Of a stretch of 64,000 nucleotides of DNA, positions 12,764-31,155 are shown piece by piece. The stretch comes from Trichoplax adhaerens (lineage: Eukaryota; Animalia; Placozoa): positions 9,456,209-9,520,208 of the forward strand of contig NW_002060943.1 of assembly GCF_000150275.1 (NCBI RefSeq), given 5' to 3'. The position numbers and the translations under genes were made by a program. The notes under the pieces were generated by a model, which searched no databases, had not been told where the DNA came from, and saw only the letters and a list, made by a program, of their open reading frames with translations. Numbering within the stretch: the stretch's first letter is position 1; each line of letters opens with the position of its first letter.

Positions 12764-15700
12764 ATGGCCGAGAAGGACATAAGTAATCTACGAATGGCGG
12801 CGACTAGATCAGCTACTTACGGCATCATACTGCAGGTTGCACAAATGCTGCAGTGCGAGCTACAGCACTTTCAATGTATGATACTGTGCAGTGTAGTTGT
12901 ATGCAAAAATTGAAAATTTAGATATGCCCTCTGGCTGTCAATATATTCTTATAATATAATATACAGTATACGCGTATATTACTCTACTTGTAATTTTAGA
13001 CTGTCAATAGGATGGAAGTCGATAGCAAGGTTTGATTCAATATTTAATGGCATCTATTTCCATAGGTGATTGTGCGTACTGGGACGTTCATCCTTAATTC
13101 CGTACTTCTTCGCTATATTACAAAAGAAGTCCTTGGTATAGTAAACGTCAGGTAAGAATTTCAACCTGATAAAACAAGGGTAAATCGGAAAATTCTTGAA
13201 TAGGGAGATCAACATCAAGTACTATACAGTAAATTCATACGCACATGGTACGCGTGTATGTAGGCATTTTTCTACCGTAAACTATCTTAACTTAAGGACA
13301 TGAGTAGTTCGAATTGACGTATTGTGAAAGTTTTCCTTATAGTAATAATTAACAGTCATATGAAACTATAACTTTATGTTTACTAGCTATGCGTATTCAA
13401 ACAATTCTTGTTGACAAACTAAAATAGTAACGTACAACATATATATCTTATTGTTAATGTAGATTGACATTACTACACACTACTTTGCTGTTTATATCTC
13501 GTGAAGCTTTTCGAAAGTCTTGTTTAAGTAAGAATGATCAGATCCATTGGAAGCAGATTCGTAATTGGACATGGTGCACGTATGTATATCTCCCTAGATA
13601 ACTACTTACTGCATGGTGCATCGTTCTTTTATTTTCTATTGATGATAAAGATGTAAAACAACTTGATTTCGTACTGATAAAATCATGTTGATGTAAACTG
13701 ATGTCTAGATTTGGCCTTGGCATCATTATTAGTGCTATATTGGTATACGTTTGGATTAACGTGTTAGAGTCACCTTCTGGAACTATAGGAAATAATTACC
13801 CTCTTGCTGTATTGATGTTTACTGTATGCGGTCTCATTGAATTGCTTGTTGAGCCAATTTGGATTCTATCTCAAATTCACATGTACATTAAACTAAAGGT
13901 TAGAATTTTACTATGGAGGATAATGCTTTATTATATACTAACATAAATCTGCCTATCTGATTTAGATCTTAAGTGAAGGAATAGCTCTGACTGTTCGGTG
14001 CATATTAACAACAGTCCTAGTGACATATTTTTCCGATCTAGGCCTAATTCCTTTTTCTATAGCTTTTGTAAGCACATGAAACGTAATAATATGATATACA
14101 GTATTAAAAGTATATATAAAATAATGTAATATGTCTTGATTAATCTTTAATGGTAAGGAGCTAACGCATTTCTTCATGTTAACAGATATGTTACAGCATC
14201 GTTTATGTTTCAATATATTATGGCTATTTCTTTGTACTGGTTACCGTAAGAAAAAATACTCAGGAAGCTAAAGACTTTCCAATTAAGAATATTTCCGATT
14301 TCTTTCCGTCATCAAATGATAATATGGTACTCTAGTAACTTTATGACATATCATTGCTTGTAATCAGCATGTATCTATTTATGCACCTAATTATATTTAT
14401 CAATATTCAAATAAATCACATGCTACGTGGTAAACTAAGATAATTTGCTAATTTTATAGAGTTGGACAAACTGGTTTTTAATAACTCAAACTTGGAACTT
14501 TTTAATTCAGTGTTTGCTAAAGCTGTGTTTAACTGAAGGTGAAAAGTAACGCTTATTTATAAATCCATCTTTTGCAATTAGAAGAATCTGCTGAACGGCT
14601 TATAAATAGGAGCTATATAAAATTGTCCGTTTAACATTCATTGATTTATAGGAGAAAGATTCGTAATGACAATTTTTAACCTACTAGACTTTGGTGAACA
14701 AGGTACAGCCTTCTGCTGAGACAGTATATTCTTTCTCTTTTAACGTATGAAAAGTGATAGATAGAATACTAGGACTAAGATATTAATTAATACTCATAAT
14801 ATGAATTAATATCATACTTGTAGGCATATATGATATTGTCAATAATCTGGGCTCCTTGGCAGCTCGTTTCATTTTCTTACCAATTGAGGAAAGCTATTAC
14901 CTTTTCTTTGCTCAAACAATGCAAAGAGATCTTCCAGCTGAACAACAAGTCAGTAATTAAATTCTCTATATGATATCTGGTTTCTATTGATTTTTTTTCC
15001 TAAAAAATTGTGCAGCAGGTCTTTAATTTTACCATTTCTATTAATTTTAGAAATCTATAAAGTCAGCAAGCGAAACCCTAGAAATGCTCTTAAAATTAGT
15101 TTTCCTAATTTCTGTAACAATCCTGGTATTCGGTCAGTCCTATTCACGCTTATTATTGCAAATTTATGGTGGGCGACTATTTGCTGCTGGATCAGGCACG
15201 TTATTAGGATAAGCAAAACTTCTTTTGAATGCAGTTTACGACTAGTTTGCTTTGTCTATTGGTCGAACTAATCGAAGTCATGATTAAAATAGGTCCAATA
15301 CTTTTACGTTGGTTCTGCGTTTACACTGTTGCTTTGGCTGTAAATGGTACTACTGAATGTTTTGTATTTGCAGTTATGGCTAAGCATCATCTGCAGAGGT
15401 AGTGTAGTATCCCATGATGATCATGATTCCGTATCACTAAAACTTATTGTGTTACTTTTTAATTAATTTAGGTATAACTGGTTTATGTTCCTTTTTTCCG
15501 GCGCTTTTTTAAGCTTTTCATGGGTTATAATACCCAGATATGGTAGCGTCGGTTTTATTTGGGCTAATTGTCTAAATATGTTTCTAAGGATTTGTCATAG
15601 GTGATCAGTGACTACTGGTATTTATATGAGGATTAAGATAAATTGAATTTGATACAGTATCATCTATTTTACAGTATTTGGTTTATTTGGAAATATTTTC

Positions 15701-16080
15701 GGTCAACACCATACAAGCCTCTAACGGGCTTGTTACTTTCTCCATTCGTGGTGATCATGTATGCTATAGCTCTATCACTTACGTGGTATTCAGAGGTGAA
15801 TATTTGTATTTTTTATTACACTTTTTGTTAATAGATTTAGTTAAAATGATTTAAACTATCACACTTGCCTCATTTTATGATGAAATAATCTATTGCTATA
15901 TTACCTTACTACATTATCGACTAGGTTACCTTTGGTGGTACGAATAACCTAAATGACATTCTTCATCTTGGAATTGGAGGTGTAAACTTTATTCTTGTTA
16001 TACTGATAATCTACGTGAAAGAAGAAAAGCTAATGCTCTATATAAAAAAGCAATACTTTGTTAAAAAGAAAGCCGTATGA
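12764..16080 (+). CDS. RFT1: RFT1, Man5GlcNAc2-PP-dolichol translocation-associated protein, multi-exon
   Basis: [24 protein letters not shown] / [29 protein letters not shown] / [21 protein letters not shown] ... LTEGERFVM ... [24 protein letters not shown] ... [10 protein letters not shown] ... [14 protein letters not shown]; stop at 16078-16080. Confidence 0.95.
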
Positions 16081-17585
16081 GGAATTATCACTTTAAGTTA
16101 ATAATTTTCGTAAATACTACTGAATTTTATCTTGATATTATTATATTTAAACTGGTAAAGCAGATCTGGCTGACCGATTTGTATTGAATGATTAACAAAA
16201 CGTGGAGTATATCAACAGTAAACTGTTATATCATATAATTACAGAATAAAACGGCCAACTACAGTCTCGATATCCAGCTACTATAATTGTACAAAGCAGC
16301 TTCCTTTAAACTACTATTTTTAAGACAAATGTAAATCATTTAATAGAGTAAGAATAGTTATTCTAGTATTATCATTCAATGCAAAGGTTGAAGATGACTA
16401 CTAAAGTTAGCTCCAAATTTAGTGTGAACGATTTTACGATAAGGTAAGCAACAAATGAATAATTTTATGATACGAAATGGCCTATATCGTATAGTGATGG
16501 GATAACTGGTACAGTGGAAGCTATTTAATTCAGTGGCATAAAATTGAGATTGATTTAGTAACCCAAATCAATTTATGAATAGCTAAGCCTAAGGGCATAC
16601 AGTTAAGGACGCAGTTAAAGGCGATATTAAAAATTTTTACAAAGGAAGTCTTATTGACCTTTGATTATCACTTAATTATAAGGCAATGAAAAGAAAGAAC
16701 TGATTATTTTTATGGTTAAAATGTAAATATATAATAAAATAGCCAATTTCAAATTTGACGACCAAGTCGGTAAATTGCTATAAATATAGTTTTAACAACT
16801 AATCTGAATTTCACAGTAATAGAAGGTGCAAATATTGCTTCATTGTTGCGATATTTAACATTAGAATTGAATTAAACCACATTTCAGTGGTTGTTATCCT
16901 TCCGTAGATATGAAAATTAAGAATATCTTAAGGACTACAGTAAACATACATAAATAACGGCGACGTAACGCGCTACCGGTCAATTGTATTGAAAAGTCGC
17001 TAATCTAGATCTGTCAGTATCAATACCAATCTATTAATCCTTACTCGTTTTTGCTCGTAAGTGGATTATCCGTTGCTACTACATAGCGCTGTATATGCTG
17101 ATAGAGATTGCATGTCCGATTTCCTAAGCGGTGAATTTTTGGCTGTAAAATGCGCGTGACCTGTGATACTAATAGTAACCTGAAAGTCAATATCAGTGAC
17201 TTTGATTGAAATACGTAGTTAAACTCTTGTAATGTACAATTTTTTAAGCGTATATGCATTTACTATTATTTTTAGGTAAATTAGTCATTTCAAAATCTCT
17301 CATTATCGATTCGCACCTCGCAAACTTGCTTTGTACGGCATACTATTACATATATATATTTGTGACTATCTACCGTAATAACTTAGTATTTTTCACAGTT
17401 TAGGCGCTTCATTACGCTGAATAAAAATAGCATTAATAATTTAGTCTTGTAGATTCATTTTTATTAAATCATTAAGATGTAGCATCGCTTTTCACAGGCT
17501 ACTAGTCATGGAGAAGGAATTTATATAACTTAAATTTATCTCAGATTAAGATTTTGGAGGCGTTTCTGAAGATTATGATGCTATA

Positions 17586-20500
17586 CTAGGGGGATGTTAC
17601 CAGCATCTGTACCCCTATATATAGCGGATATCCAAACTCTTGATTTATATGTGCGACTGTTATTTCCTAAAATTGTGATATAAAGTAAAAATGTAATGTC
17701 ATCTTTTTGGAATAAATATAGATATACAGAATATAGAAAAAAATATACCTCATCGGGATGCAAAGTAATGTACAAAATGTCCGTAGAGGTTTCATGATTT
17801 ATCTGGCAGTCCTTGCCGTAATTTATTATTATAAATCTATAAAATTGAGCCCCGTTAAGGGAATCAGCATGACTTTAAGCGGTTAGAAATATCTCAAATG
17901 AATTTATAATACGTTGAAAGTTTACTTTGTCATTATACATCGAGAGTTTTCGAGACTTAATGACATAGCAACATCATGTTCTGATATGTTTCTCTTCAAA
18001 GATATTCTCTTCGGCGATCTAAAGTTTTATAATGGTATATAAGGAGTGAATGTAAGTACGCATATTTAAATCAAGAATTAATGGTTACAATTTACATGAA
18101 ACATGCAAAAATTCATTGGCATACTTATAGTAATTTATAATGATGTCTATTCCAAATCGAAAGCCAATCCACCGCCAGTGGTGCTAAACAAATGTAAAGA
18201 TTACACTTTAGTAGAACTAAAACTGGGCGGATCAATTAAGCTAGGGAATTTAACTGGCTAATAGTAAAAAGGGCGCTGGACTGTTATTTATGGTGGATTC
18301 TAACGTTGCAATCCACTTCTATCATGCGACCCAGCCTAATGCAATTATTGTAAAATTGTTTTTCACAGCAAGATGTTGGACTGAAAAAGTTAATACGTAA
18401 AGAAAAATATTTAGCATAACGCCAGTCTAGGATACAATAGTTATGATATACTATGAAGTACCGAGTAAGCACTCTGTCTTCACGAACTACAATTAGCTCG
18501 GTACTATAAGATAATTATAATACGAGAATATGCAATCTTACCCGAAATCATCACCTTCCTCAACAGCTAGCAGGGTTCTCCATTCCTGACGATAAATAGG
18601 TAATAGCCAATCTATAAATATTAAGACTATTTCACTTATCTGTGTTGTAAATAAACGGACTATCTAAATGTGCAAAAAAATCTATCATTTATTATTCATG
18701 CACATCAAAGCTACGTTTTGCGACTTTTTAGGAATAAGTGTTACCTTGAGAAATAATACGATCTTTCTCGATTTGTCTAGCAATCTTAGTATCGGTTATA
18801 ATATGGTTAAACTTTAATTGGCGAAAAGCTAACGAAAATACTTTTCCTTCCTCTGTTACTAAGAAATTTGTGGAACCTGTACGCTCATAAAATGTATATT
18901 ATAATTTTTAAATTAAATCTAAAATTGAGGAAAATACTAAATATACTAGTATATAGTTTTTATAGGAATAGAGATATTACCAGTATGATCTTCATAGTAA
19001 GATTGCATATCGTTCAAGACATATTTAAAAGCTTCGCAAAGAGAAACGTGTTCGTGATTCTTGCACCATGTAGGGTGTAATCTCAAGTACATCCACTAGT
19101 AAGAAGAATCAGTGAAGACTAATAACTTTATAATCAGGTCACAGAATATACGCTCGTAAGTACTATAATTTGGACATTTTTAACTTTACCCTCTTTAACA
19201 TCGCATATACATCCATTTCCACCTGCAGCACAAGCAAAGATGGAGAGCTTACAATTTTTTCCATTAGATTTACACTAATAAAGGTCATATATAGAGAATA
19301 ATAAGTATTTGTTGTGAAATTGTTTGCAGAGCTGATACAGTAATAAGTTGAACTTGAAATTCATACTCTATAGACTGCAGCAGCATCAAGTCGTATCGTT
19401 TGATAGTCAGCAGTCGCAGTGCAAGCCAGTCCATGCACCTAAATTTAAATATCATTAAATACCAATGGCCATTACAGTATATTTTTGGACATACAAGGCG
19501 ATCTCTATGTTCAATCTTAAAGTTACAATGATAATTGCACTACCGATTGGATACTTCTAGTAAACCATATGCAGAAGCAGCTTCTCTGAAAGTGCGTTCA
19601 TTTTCTTCGCTAAACAAATCGAAGAACATCTCTTGTTAATAAAGTGAGAAGTTGCATAAATTCTCTTCGACTGTCATGTTAACCTTATAGTAGCGATCAT
19701 CACGTCGGTGCAACGTTTAATTAAATTATCCTAAGATTGAAACAGAAAAAGGGGAATAAGCAGGTTATGATATGGTAATTTTACTATTTCACCATTGGAA
19801 ATGTGTTAAAGCTGATACTGTAAGAATATCTCACTATCTGAAGCATTGTTGCTACAGCTACAATGGAAATAGCTTCCGAAGATTTAATTTCGGTGTCGTC
19901 ATCATACAGACTAGCAAAAGCCGTATTAATAGCTATGGGAATAGAATAATAAAAATTCGTAAATACTTTACGATCAGGTAGAAGGTAAGTTATAGAATTA
20001 GATGGTAATATGGTTGGCGATGCTGTTTGTTTACGTATCACTATTATTGTATCTTTGAAAAGTGTAGATTATTACATGAAGTAGCTTACCATTGACAGTA
20101 ATGTTCTTATCGATCATTTCAATCTTTACGTACGTAGCCTTTGACTCCTGCCAAAATCCGCTGAACATAGACTTAAAATAGCCAGCCTGCAGTATCGTAT
20201 TATCCACAATCAGTTACGTATGATGTGTAATAGTAATATCGCTAGTTTATGCACTAAAAAAGATGCTATATCATCAGCAAGCAAATTGCTATAGTATTAA
20301 TGATACTGTAATACTACTACTGTAGTTCATTACGGTAAGGAAAGAATAATTCTAAATCGATTGCTCTAACAGTTTTGATGGGCTCAAATCTATACTATTG
20401 ACGAATTTAGTTTTGAGATCTAGATAATATTACTATTAATACATACTACCATAGCAATTATATCAAGTTGAGTTATCGTTTCTCACAAGACAGCGCGTAC

Positions 20501-21896
20501 TCTATGTATATAGTACCTAGAGATCCAAAAGATCCCCTTTTCAATAATACTCGTATTATTATAATCATAAATTTTAATGTCCAGCTAAAGGTATTTTAAA
20601 ACTAATCCATGGAACCCCTAAGTAACTGCTTCATCGTATCCATCGCCATCTACTTCTGCGACGGTATAATTATAAATTAATTAAAATTTTGTATTCGATT
20701 GAATCTAAAGATGTGCACAAATTTGCAAAGTAGATCACTTATTATTATTAAATCAATACCAAGAGCACGATAGTCGGTTAACGTACTCGTATTAAGCAGA
20801 TTTTATGCATCTTCCACTTGTAACCTATGATGAAAAAGAATATAATTATTATTGGAATTTTTTGGCTTATACGTAAAGTCATAGTTAGACCAATGTACTG
20901 TATGATCAACCATGGTATTTTACTCTATAGAACAGTATGGTAAAGGTTGGGGTATATCACTTCTAGTGAAATTTCAAAATCTGCATAGATTCCAAATTTT
21001 TCGATATTACGTAATGCAAAACATTCAATACAACGTAAGGACTAAGGAGGTAAAAAAAAATTCCCTTTCAATCGGTAAATATAATAGAAGATCAAGTTGT
21101 GTTTACACTTGTATTCTTCGAGATTAATGATAGATAATGTATAAAAAATCATCACAAATTTGAAATTTAAATTGCTTCATAAATACTGATGGTTGATGCT
21201 AGCCGGCTTGTATCAAATTTTTATGTTAATTACTACTGCAGTACTGTATTATGCAAGATCACGCTCTGTTTACCTATTTTACAAATTCTTACAGATTAAC
21301 GATAGATGTTGTATGAAAAAATCATCACAAATTAGAAACTTTAGTAACTTTATAAACACTGATGGCAGATACCTGATTCTATCAGATTTTTATATTCATG
21401 ACTACCGTACCTAGTGCTTCAATGGTAGTATCGCCATTTTCATCATTGAAAAATAATTTACTAAGAGTATACTGATGATATATTGCTTCATCGTTTCTTT
21501 GCCTAATAGGACGTTGGTAAATAAGGTTAATATGGAAATATACTATAAATCGTTATTACTTCATAGATGACAACTATAGCCTTGTACCTACAGTATAAGA
21601 GCTTTTCTAACGTCTATGATTTTAAAGCAGTAGAGTAGATATACAAATATTGGTAGAAGCTACTGCGAGGAATATTCAGCAATCGATGATACCGCTAGTC
21701 TAACCCGATAGAGGTGAAAAACTTCCACGATTACATGTCACCTTTTAGTACAGGCTTGCAAACTATCTGTAGCGTCTTCAGTATCTTCATTTTGGTTTAT
21801 CGTGCGTTTTCGTTTGTTTTGGGGGCGCTTAAACTGCACACTGTGATCATAATTGGAATCTTCAGTGAGCTCTTTTCTGAAGAAGTAGTTGCCCAT
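17586..21896 (-). CDS. GMCL1: Germ cell-less homolog (BTB-BACK-GCL domain, CUL3 adaptor), ~16 exons
   Basis: MGNYFF...NKRKR / LFFNDENGDTTIEALG / YKWKMHKICL / AGYFKSMFSGFWQES / AINTAFASLYDDD / LLVLQVEMDVYAMLKR / WMYLRLHPTW / NCIRLGR / WRWIGFRFGID / YPLYIGVQMLVTSP*. Collinear with recalled GMCL1 motifs; largely missed by the ORF track. Confidence 0.92.
21121..21410 (+). repeat. Diverged tandem duplication (~170-bp period) in a GMCL1 intron
   Basis: AGATTAA.GATAGAT..TGTAT.AAAAAATCATCACAAATT.GAAA...ACTGATGG at ~21121 and ~21293. Confidence 0.7.
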
Positions 21897-22579
21897 ACTG
21901 CAATTCGCTGCAAACCATTGCCCTTTTCAGCGTTGATGGAAATCTTCTTTCCCTGCTTAGCGCCCACTTCCAGCTTCCAGAATTAGACACTTGGCTCGGA
22001 CAGCCGGACATTGCGGTCCAATACTTGGTTACTGTATCCACGTACTTGGTTATAATGTTATTATTATATGAAAGCAAAGCTCGATTCTGGAATTCATTTA
22101 TTTTTCTCAATTAAGTCATATTACACATTGAATGCTATTGTATTTTTGCTAAGTTCTACTTGAAAGTAGTTATGCAGCTTAATATTCATGTTTTTGAATT
22201 AATAGAAATGAGTAAAGAAAAATCGACGCAGAAGATCCATACAAAGTAAGTCGTTTTTCTTTTAGGCCTCATTCTGTCTATTGTAGCAAAGTCCGTCCAT
22301 CCGTAGCGCCTCTACTGCAGTGAACCTCAAGGCTGACTACGAGAAGAAAATCAGTAACCTTGTAGCAGTCGTATGATGAGTGTGTACACTGTACCCTATG
22401 GACTGTACGAGTACTACAGTGTACAATACAAGAGGTCCTCTGCAAAATTCGCCGAGCTTACAGAGTTATAGTAGTCCCTATCCCGTTGACATCTGCAATA
22501 TTTATATATATATTCGTACTTTAATTGAGCAAGTTGTGTTTTATAGCTTTCGCCTTCTAATAAGGATTTAGAGAGAAAA

Positions 22580-25500
22580 ATGAAAAAGATGTTATTAAAC
22601 GAAGATACCATTCGTTCACTCCGAGTAGCTAAAATTTTCCGAGAAAATAATGATAAAATAAATGCAGCTGATTTTTCGAAGAATGGAGAGTTACTTATAT
22701 GTAGCAGTCAAGATGATTCTATTGTAATTTATGATTGTTTGAAGGGAACGTAAGTACTATATACTCGACTTTAAAAAAAATAGTCAAGTAATGTGTAGCA
22801 TTAAGGCCAAATTATGCACTGGTGTGAGCTATAGTAATTACTGTCGATTGAATTAACACTACAGCATTAAATGCTATCTAGTTACTACAACTATCGATAA
22901 TGGAGTAGTCAGCTGAATTAGAGTAATTAATGAATTATCCATAGATTGTACAGTACTTTAAAGGCAAGTAGATGCAGTGATAATAGCCAAATTTACATCA
23001 CTTTACCATAAATACAAGTAGTGTATGACGAACATAGCATTACTAACTGATTTACTGCAGTACTCTTCGTCGTATTCATTAAATACAATAACTAACTGTG
23101 AGTGAAATTCTGTCTTTGGATATTTTATAATCGTACAAAGAACTAAAAGAACTATCTATAGCAAAAAGTATGGTGTGGATCATATACAGTTCACTCACGC
23201 GCCGAATACCGTAATCCACTCCTCATCAAAGGTTGATGGTAAGGAAATGAACAATATGATTTATATCTCGAATATAGTGCTGCGCATAATTATACAGCAG
23301 AAAAAGCTAACCCTTCGTTCATACGACCAAGTTTTAAGTTCTGTATACGTATATGGACACGGACGAGAATACAGTAAATTGATTATCTAACGATCTGAGT
23401 TATGGCACAGCTATAGGATGAGATACCATTTAATCTATTAATGATACAGTACATAAACTCAATTGACAGTATAGCATGGAATGCAATGCAACATCTAAAC
23501 TAAACTAGAATTCGGGCTGTTACCATGGACAGTCCTGATGGACTACTTTTTATTGTAGTCCATTCTATAACTGATGCTATACAGTGGACTGGATCTATAC
23601 AGTGTACTTGTACGCGTAATACGAATATGATGAGTAACAATTCCATACAATAATAAAATGAAATTACATATGCTTTTAATTTCTACACTGTAGATTAGAA
23701 AACTTCCAAATCAGTAAACTTACAGTAGTATACTAGTATTTATATTAAAATTATAAGACTAATATTCCTTTTTTACATAAAAATCTACTTAATCTACTTA
23801 CTTACTTACGTTCGTATACTAGTAGTTTTATATTATTTATCCTAGATCAAATAGAATTATGTTCTAAAATGACTTCATATTGTATTTATATTTCAGATAC
23901 TATTCGATATTTGTCATTGCATGACAATAAATATTTACGCTATTTTAATGGTCACACAAAGAGGTAATGTTAAAAGTGTTCGCATTAATTGTGTATATAA
24001 CTGACTTTAAAATGAATCACCTACCCAAAGATTAGATATTTAATCTCGAACATTTACGCGTGTTTAATAATGCAGCATCGTTCTTTGGATAATTAACCAG
24101 AAAATCTAGATCGCTTAATTTTCTTACCTGCGAATTATTATAACGTTCATATAATATTTTTCAAAAACATAATATTTTATCTTAATTGAATAAATTATAC
24201 TGCTTAGTTTCTCAATGAATTCTACGGAGTAATGATAAACAAAACTACTAAAAGCAATGGTGAAAGATAATTATAGCCAAACTGTTTCTCAACTGCGGTG
24301 TAAAGGAGTGATAGTTATAGTGTTATAATCAACGTTGTTTTGGTAGTGATATTTTAAGATTAATGTACTAGTAAGCTAGATCGTCTCACAGTTTTGTTCA
24401 CAAATGACTTGTTCTCCTTCTGCTAGAGTTGTATCACTTAATATGTCACCTACAGAAGATAAATTCATTTCGACGTCGCTAGATCATACTGTACGACTAT
24501 GGGATTTAAGATCGCCTAATTGTCAAGGGCTAATGCATGCTAATGGAAGAGCCATAGCGTCTTTTGATCCAGATGGACTAATATTCGCCGTAGGTATCAA
24601 TTCTCAGCAAGTAAAGCTATACGATGTCCGATCATTTGATAAGGTATACGGCAGAATGTCATAGTGTTTAGTAACGATAAAATTTTACGTATACGCCTTA
24701 GAGCGAACTCATTAGTAGTAGTATGAGATCATATTAATTAATTATAGTACTTGCTTATTTGCATCACATATAGGGACCATTTTCTACATTTCAACTGTCA
24801 GAGGAACATCTTCGTGATTGGACCGGGCTAAAGTTCAGTGGCGACGGCAAAATGATCTTAATTTATAGTAACGGAAATTTTATTCAACTACTCGATTCTT
24901 TCAATGGAGACGAGCTACGAAATTTTAGTGTACATATTTTTTATATGTGATTAAACTATTTTTACAATAATATTTTTACTCTTATGTTGTTAAGGATTTA
25001 TGATGGGATTGTAACCGTACTTGTGGTGAATGTATGTACATCGCTAAATTTATTACATTCGACTTATGTAGATACCAGGTAATCCTAGAGCTGTTTCCTT
25101 AGAAGCTTCTTTTACCCCGGATTCACAATTTATCTTATCAGGTTAGCTGAACTTAAGGTTTCAAACATTCGATGTAAAATATTGTTATTTATGCATCATT
25201 ATCTACTGGATGAATCATTAAGATCCTAATTTTCGTATTCGGTTTGTTGTTTGAGATTCATGACAAATGTCGTACCACAGAGACATAAAAACCTATACGG
25301 GTCATACAGTTTATTTCATGTTCGGTAGCTTCGCGAAGTTATTTTAAAATTACGATAGTTTTCATTAGGTTTTATACATGGGAGAGTATTAATTCGAGTA
25401 GACTGTGCTTTAAGTGATAGATATAGTTAAATGTTAGATATTCTTATTTTGTATAGGCTCAGCTGATGGTCAAGTTCATATATGGAATACAGATACTGGC

Positions 25501-25768
25501 GATAAAGTTGCTGTTTTACAGGGACATCATCCTAGTGCTGTACAGTGCATTAAGTTTAATCCGAAGTATATGATGATGATAAGCGCATGTACTAATACGG
25601 TGCGTGCAAGGATTGATTAACTCTAAAAACTTAGCCGACTTAAACTATCAATCAACTAAAATAGCATTCCTATATACTGAATTACTTTTAACAATTTAGC
25701 AGCTATAAATCTTTAATTTATAATTTGTACAGGCTATTTGGATAACGGAGAGCAATGAAGAAGGGTAG
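22580..25768 (+). CDS. WDR82: WD repeat protein 82 (Swd2; SET1/COMPASS and PNUTS-PP1 subunit)
   Basis: [18 protein letters not shown] / [19 protein letters not shown] / [23 protein letters not shown] / [15 protein letters not shown]...[10 protein letters not shown] / GPFSTF ... [15 protein letters not shown]; stop at 25766-25768. Alternative start ATG at 22589. Confidence 0.96.
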
Positions 25769-27100
25769 TTCATCTTTTATCACGATAATAACTCCTTTTA
25801 AGTCATTAAAGCTAGTAGTGTAAACTTTTCTGTTTAAATAATATTTATTAGCATTTTTACAAATTATTCTCTACTCATGTTTACATTAATTAAAATAACC
25901 AGTTTGTAACAGTTATTTGGACTGCTTACAATACGTTATTATACTACGCTATTTTTGTTGATATCATTACCTTTTATTCTTGAATGGTTGTTACGCTATT
26001 GCGCATATCTTTTCAAGTGTTGTTTTATAATTTGTAAAGACATACATTCGTTTCATTTAGCATTAGTAATTAATCCGCTGAACATTGCAATATGTGTGGA
26101 CTATTAGCGCGACAAAGTTCTGAAATTCTTTTATTATCAACAGAAGAAGAGTTATGACTTGAGACTCGATTGTATTTAATGCAATGGTGACCAAATACAT
26201 TATGATAAAAGTACAATGTACGACGTAAAGTACAGATTCTTGTGTTAATGACATATAGTCAAACCGTAGAGTGAAATAAGTAATGTTATAGAAATCTTGG
26301 GATCGTTATCCCATCATAATTCACCCGGTAGCTCAATTGGCAATGTAGACATTTTACACAGTTTCTTGAATTTCTCCATTCGCAAAGCCATTTAAGTTAA
26401 TTATTTTACAAAATTCAAATTTGTGAGGAGAAAGTATACAGTTTACGCAATTATTTCACATATTATCTAGACAAAGATTGAATGATATCCAATCTTTAGA
26501 AGTGACTTTAGACTCAATAAAATTAGACACCGTTGGAATGGATATTTCTAATGAATTTAAGACAATATAACAATAGTCCTAAGGAAATGGTGATTGTAAA
26601 ATTCTGATATTTACTATAATTAATTATTTGGATGCAACAACCGTGACATCATTTATTTAACGTTAGTATGCTATCAGAGGATGACGAATTAGCAGCAATA
26701 TTGCTATATTGACAGTAAGTACGATGTTAAAATTTTGTAACGTTGTAATAGGCGATAGACGGAAATGTATAGTACACTTTCATAGTAATGAATATATAAA
26801 GATTCCGGTACATCCATGCATGCAAATATTTCCATATCGTTAATTTACGATATTTGCATGTGCCAAATAATAGATGTTGACAAATTCATACGCAGTTGAG
26901 CCTGAACGCAAAATTAACTGCTTTCGTATTGAAATTATTTACGTCTTCCGTATTAGATTCTTAAATTTACTCATTGATTCTGAAAGAGAATTATTTCCAT
27001 TCGGTTAAAACAGTTACTGTAAGTAATAGATTCATTTAAATCATTCAAAGAGGGCTTACAATCTGCTATCGTTTCGATCACTGCCAACAATAACTACTTA

Positions 27101-30319
<3,219 letters not shown>

Positions 30320-30593
30320 TCAGTTGATTGTTTTGCAGGTAAAGTGTCTGGATGAAGTCTTTACTTGTATATTGAACTGGGTCGGTAGGAATCAGTAACA
30401 ATTCTGAAGTTCTCTCTCAAATGATACAGAATTTGTTGTGTGGTGGTAAACTACGCTGATCATTACTAATGATCGCCAGCGAATATCCGCGAGATAACTT
30501 TGCTTTTCAGTTTAATTAAAAGATCTCCTTTAAGGGTATGACAACAGAAAAAAATTGTGACGGAAGGATGACGGGCGTATCGATTTTATTTAT

Positions 30594-30860
30594 TTACAGT
30601 ACCTTAACATACAGTACTAGTACTCTACTTTACAGTACAGTACAGTACTGTACTGTAGGGGGCATGAACTTTTCTTGTAGTGTACTGTACAGTACAGTAA
30701 CGGTACAGTCCTGTCCTGTACAGTGTACAGTGTACAGTCCATGGCCAAGTTGACAGGACTGTACAGCACTATACTGTACACTGTAAGATAAAAGAAAAAA
30801 AAAAAGCTTTATACTACCGTATACTGTTGCTATGACATATAGTGTACTGTACTGTATGGG
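30594..30860. promoter_or_regulatory. CAGTA/TACTG pentamer island in the Smad2/3-DHFR divergent promoter
   Basis: TACAGTACAGTACAGTACTGTACTGTA and similar runs between head-to-head genes. Confidence 0.75.
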
Positions 30861-31155
30861 CTGAATCATGCGCTGACCCTAACATCACCGACTAATTTGA
30901 GAGGAATGAAAGCAGCACGAGTGCACCCACACGCACGCACTGCAGAGCAGTGAGACAGACGGACTACCGTAGTGACTCGATGAGGACTCGGTTCAGCGAT
31001 AGGTTTTGATGAGGGTTTATTTACTAATCTATCTGCAACGGATTTTTATATTAGCGCAGACAATTATTATTCAGCCACATCGAAAAAAGGCATTTATGCT
31101 TTTACGACGACTTTCATCATCCGGTCCTCTTCATCATCGTTAAATTAAGTTAAAG

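Noticed and set aside
17041-17259. 72-aa minus-strand ORF downstream of GMCL1
   Set aside because: No recognisable homology, and GMCL1 already terminates at 17586.
30871-30883. Telomerase RNA template-like CCCTAAC (also TAACCCTAAC near 28538)
   Set aside because: No recognisable pseudoknot, CR4/5 or H/ACA domain; such short matches are expected by chance.
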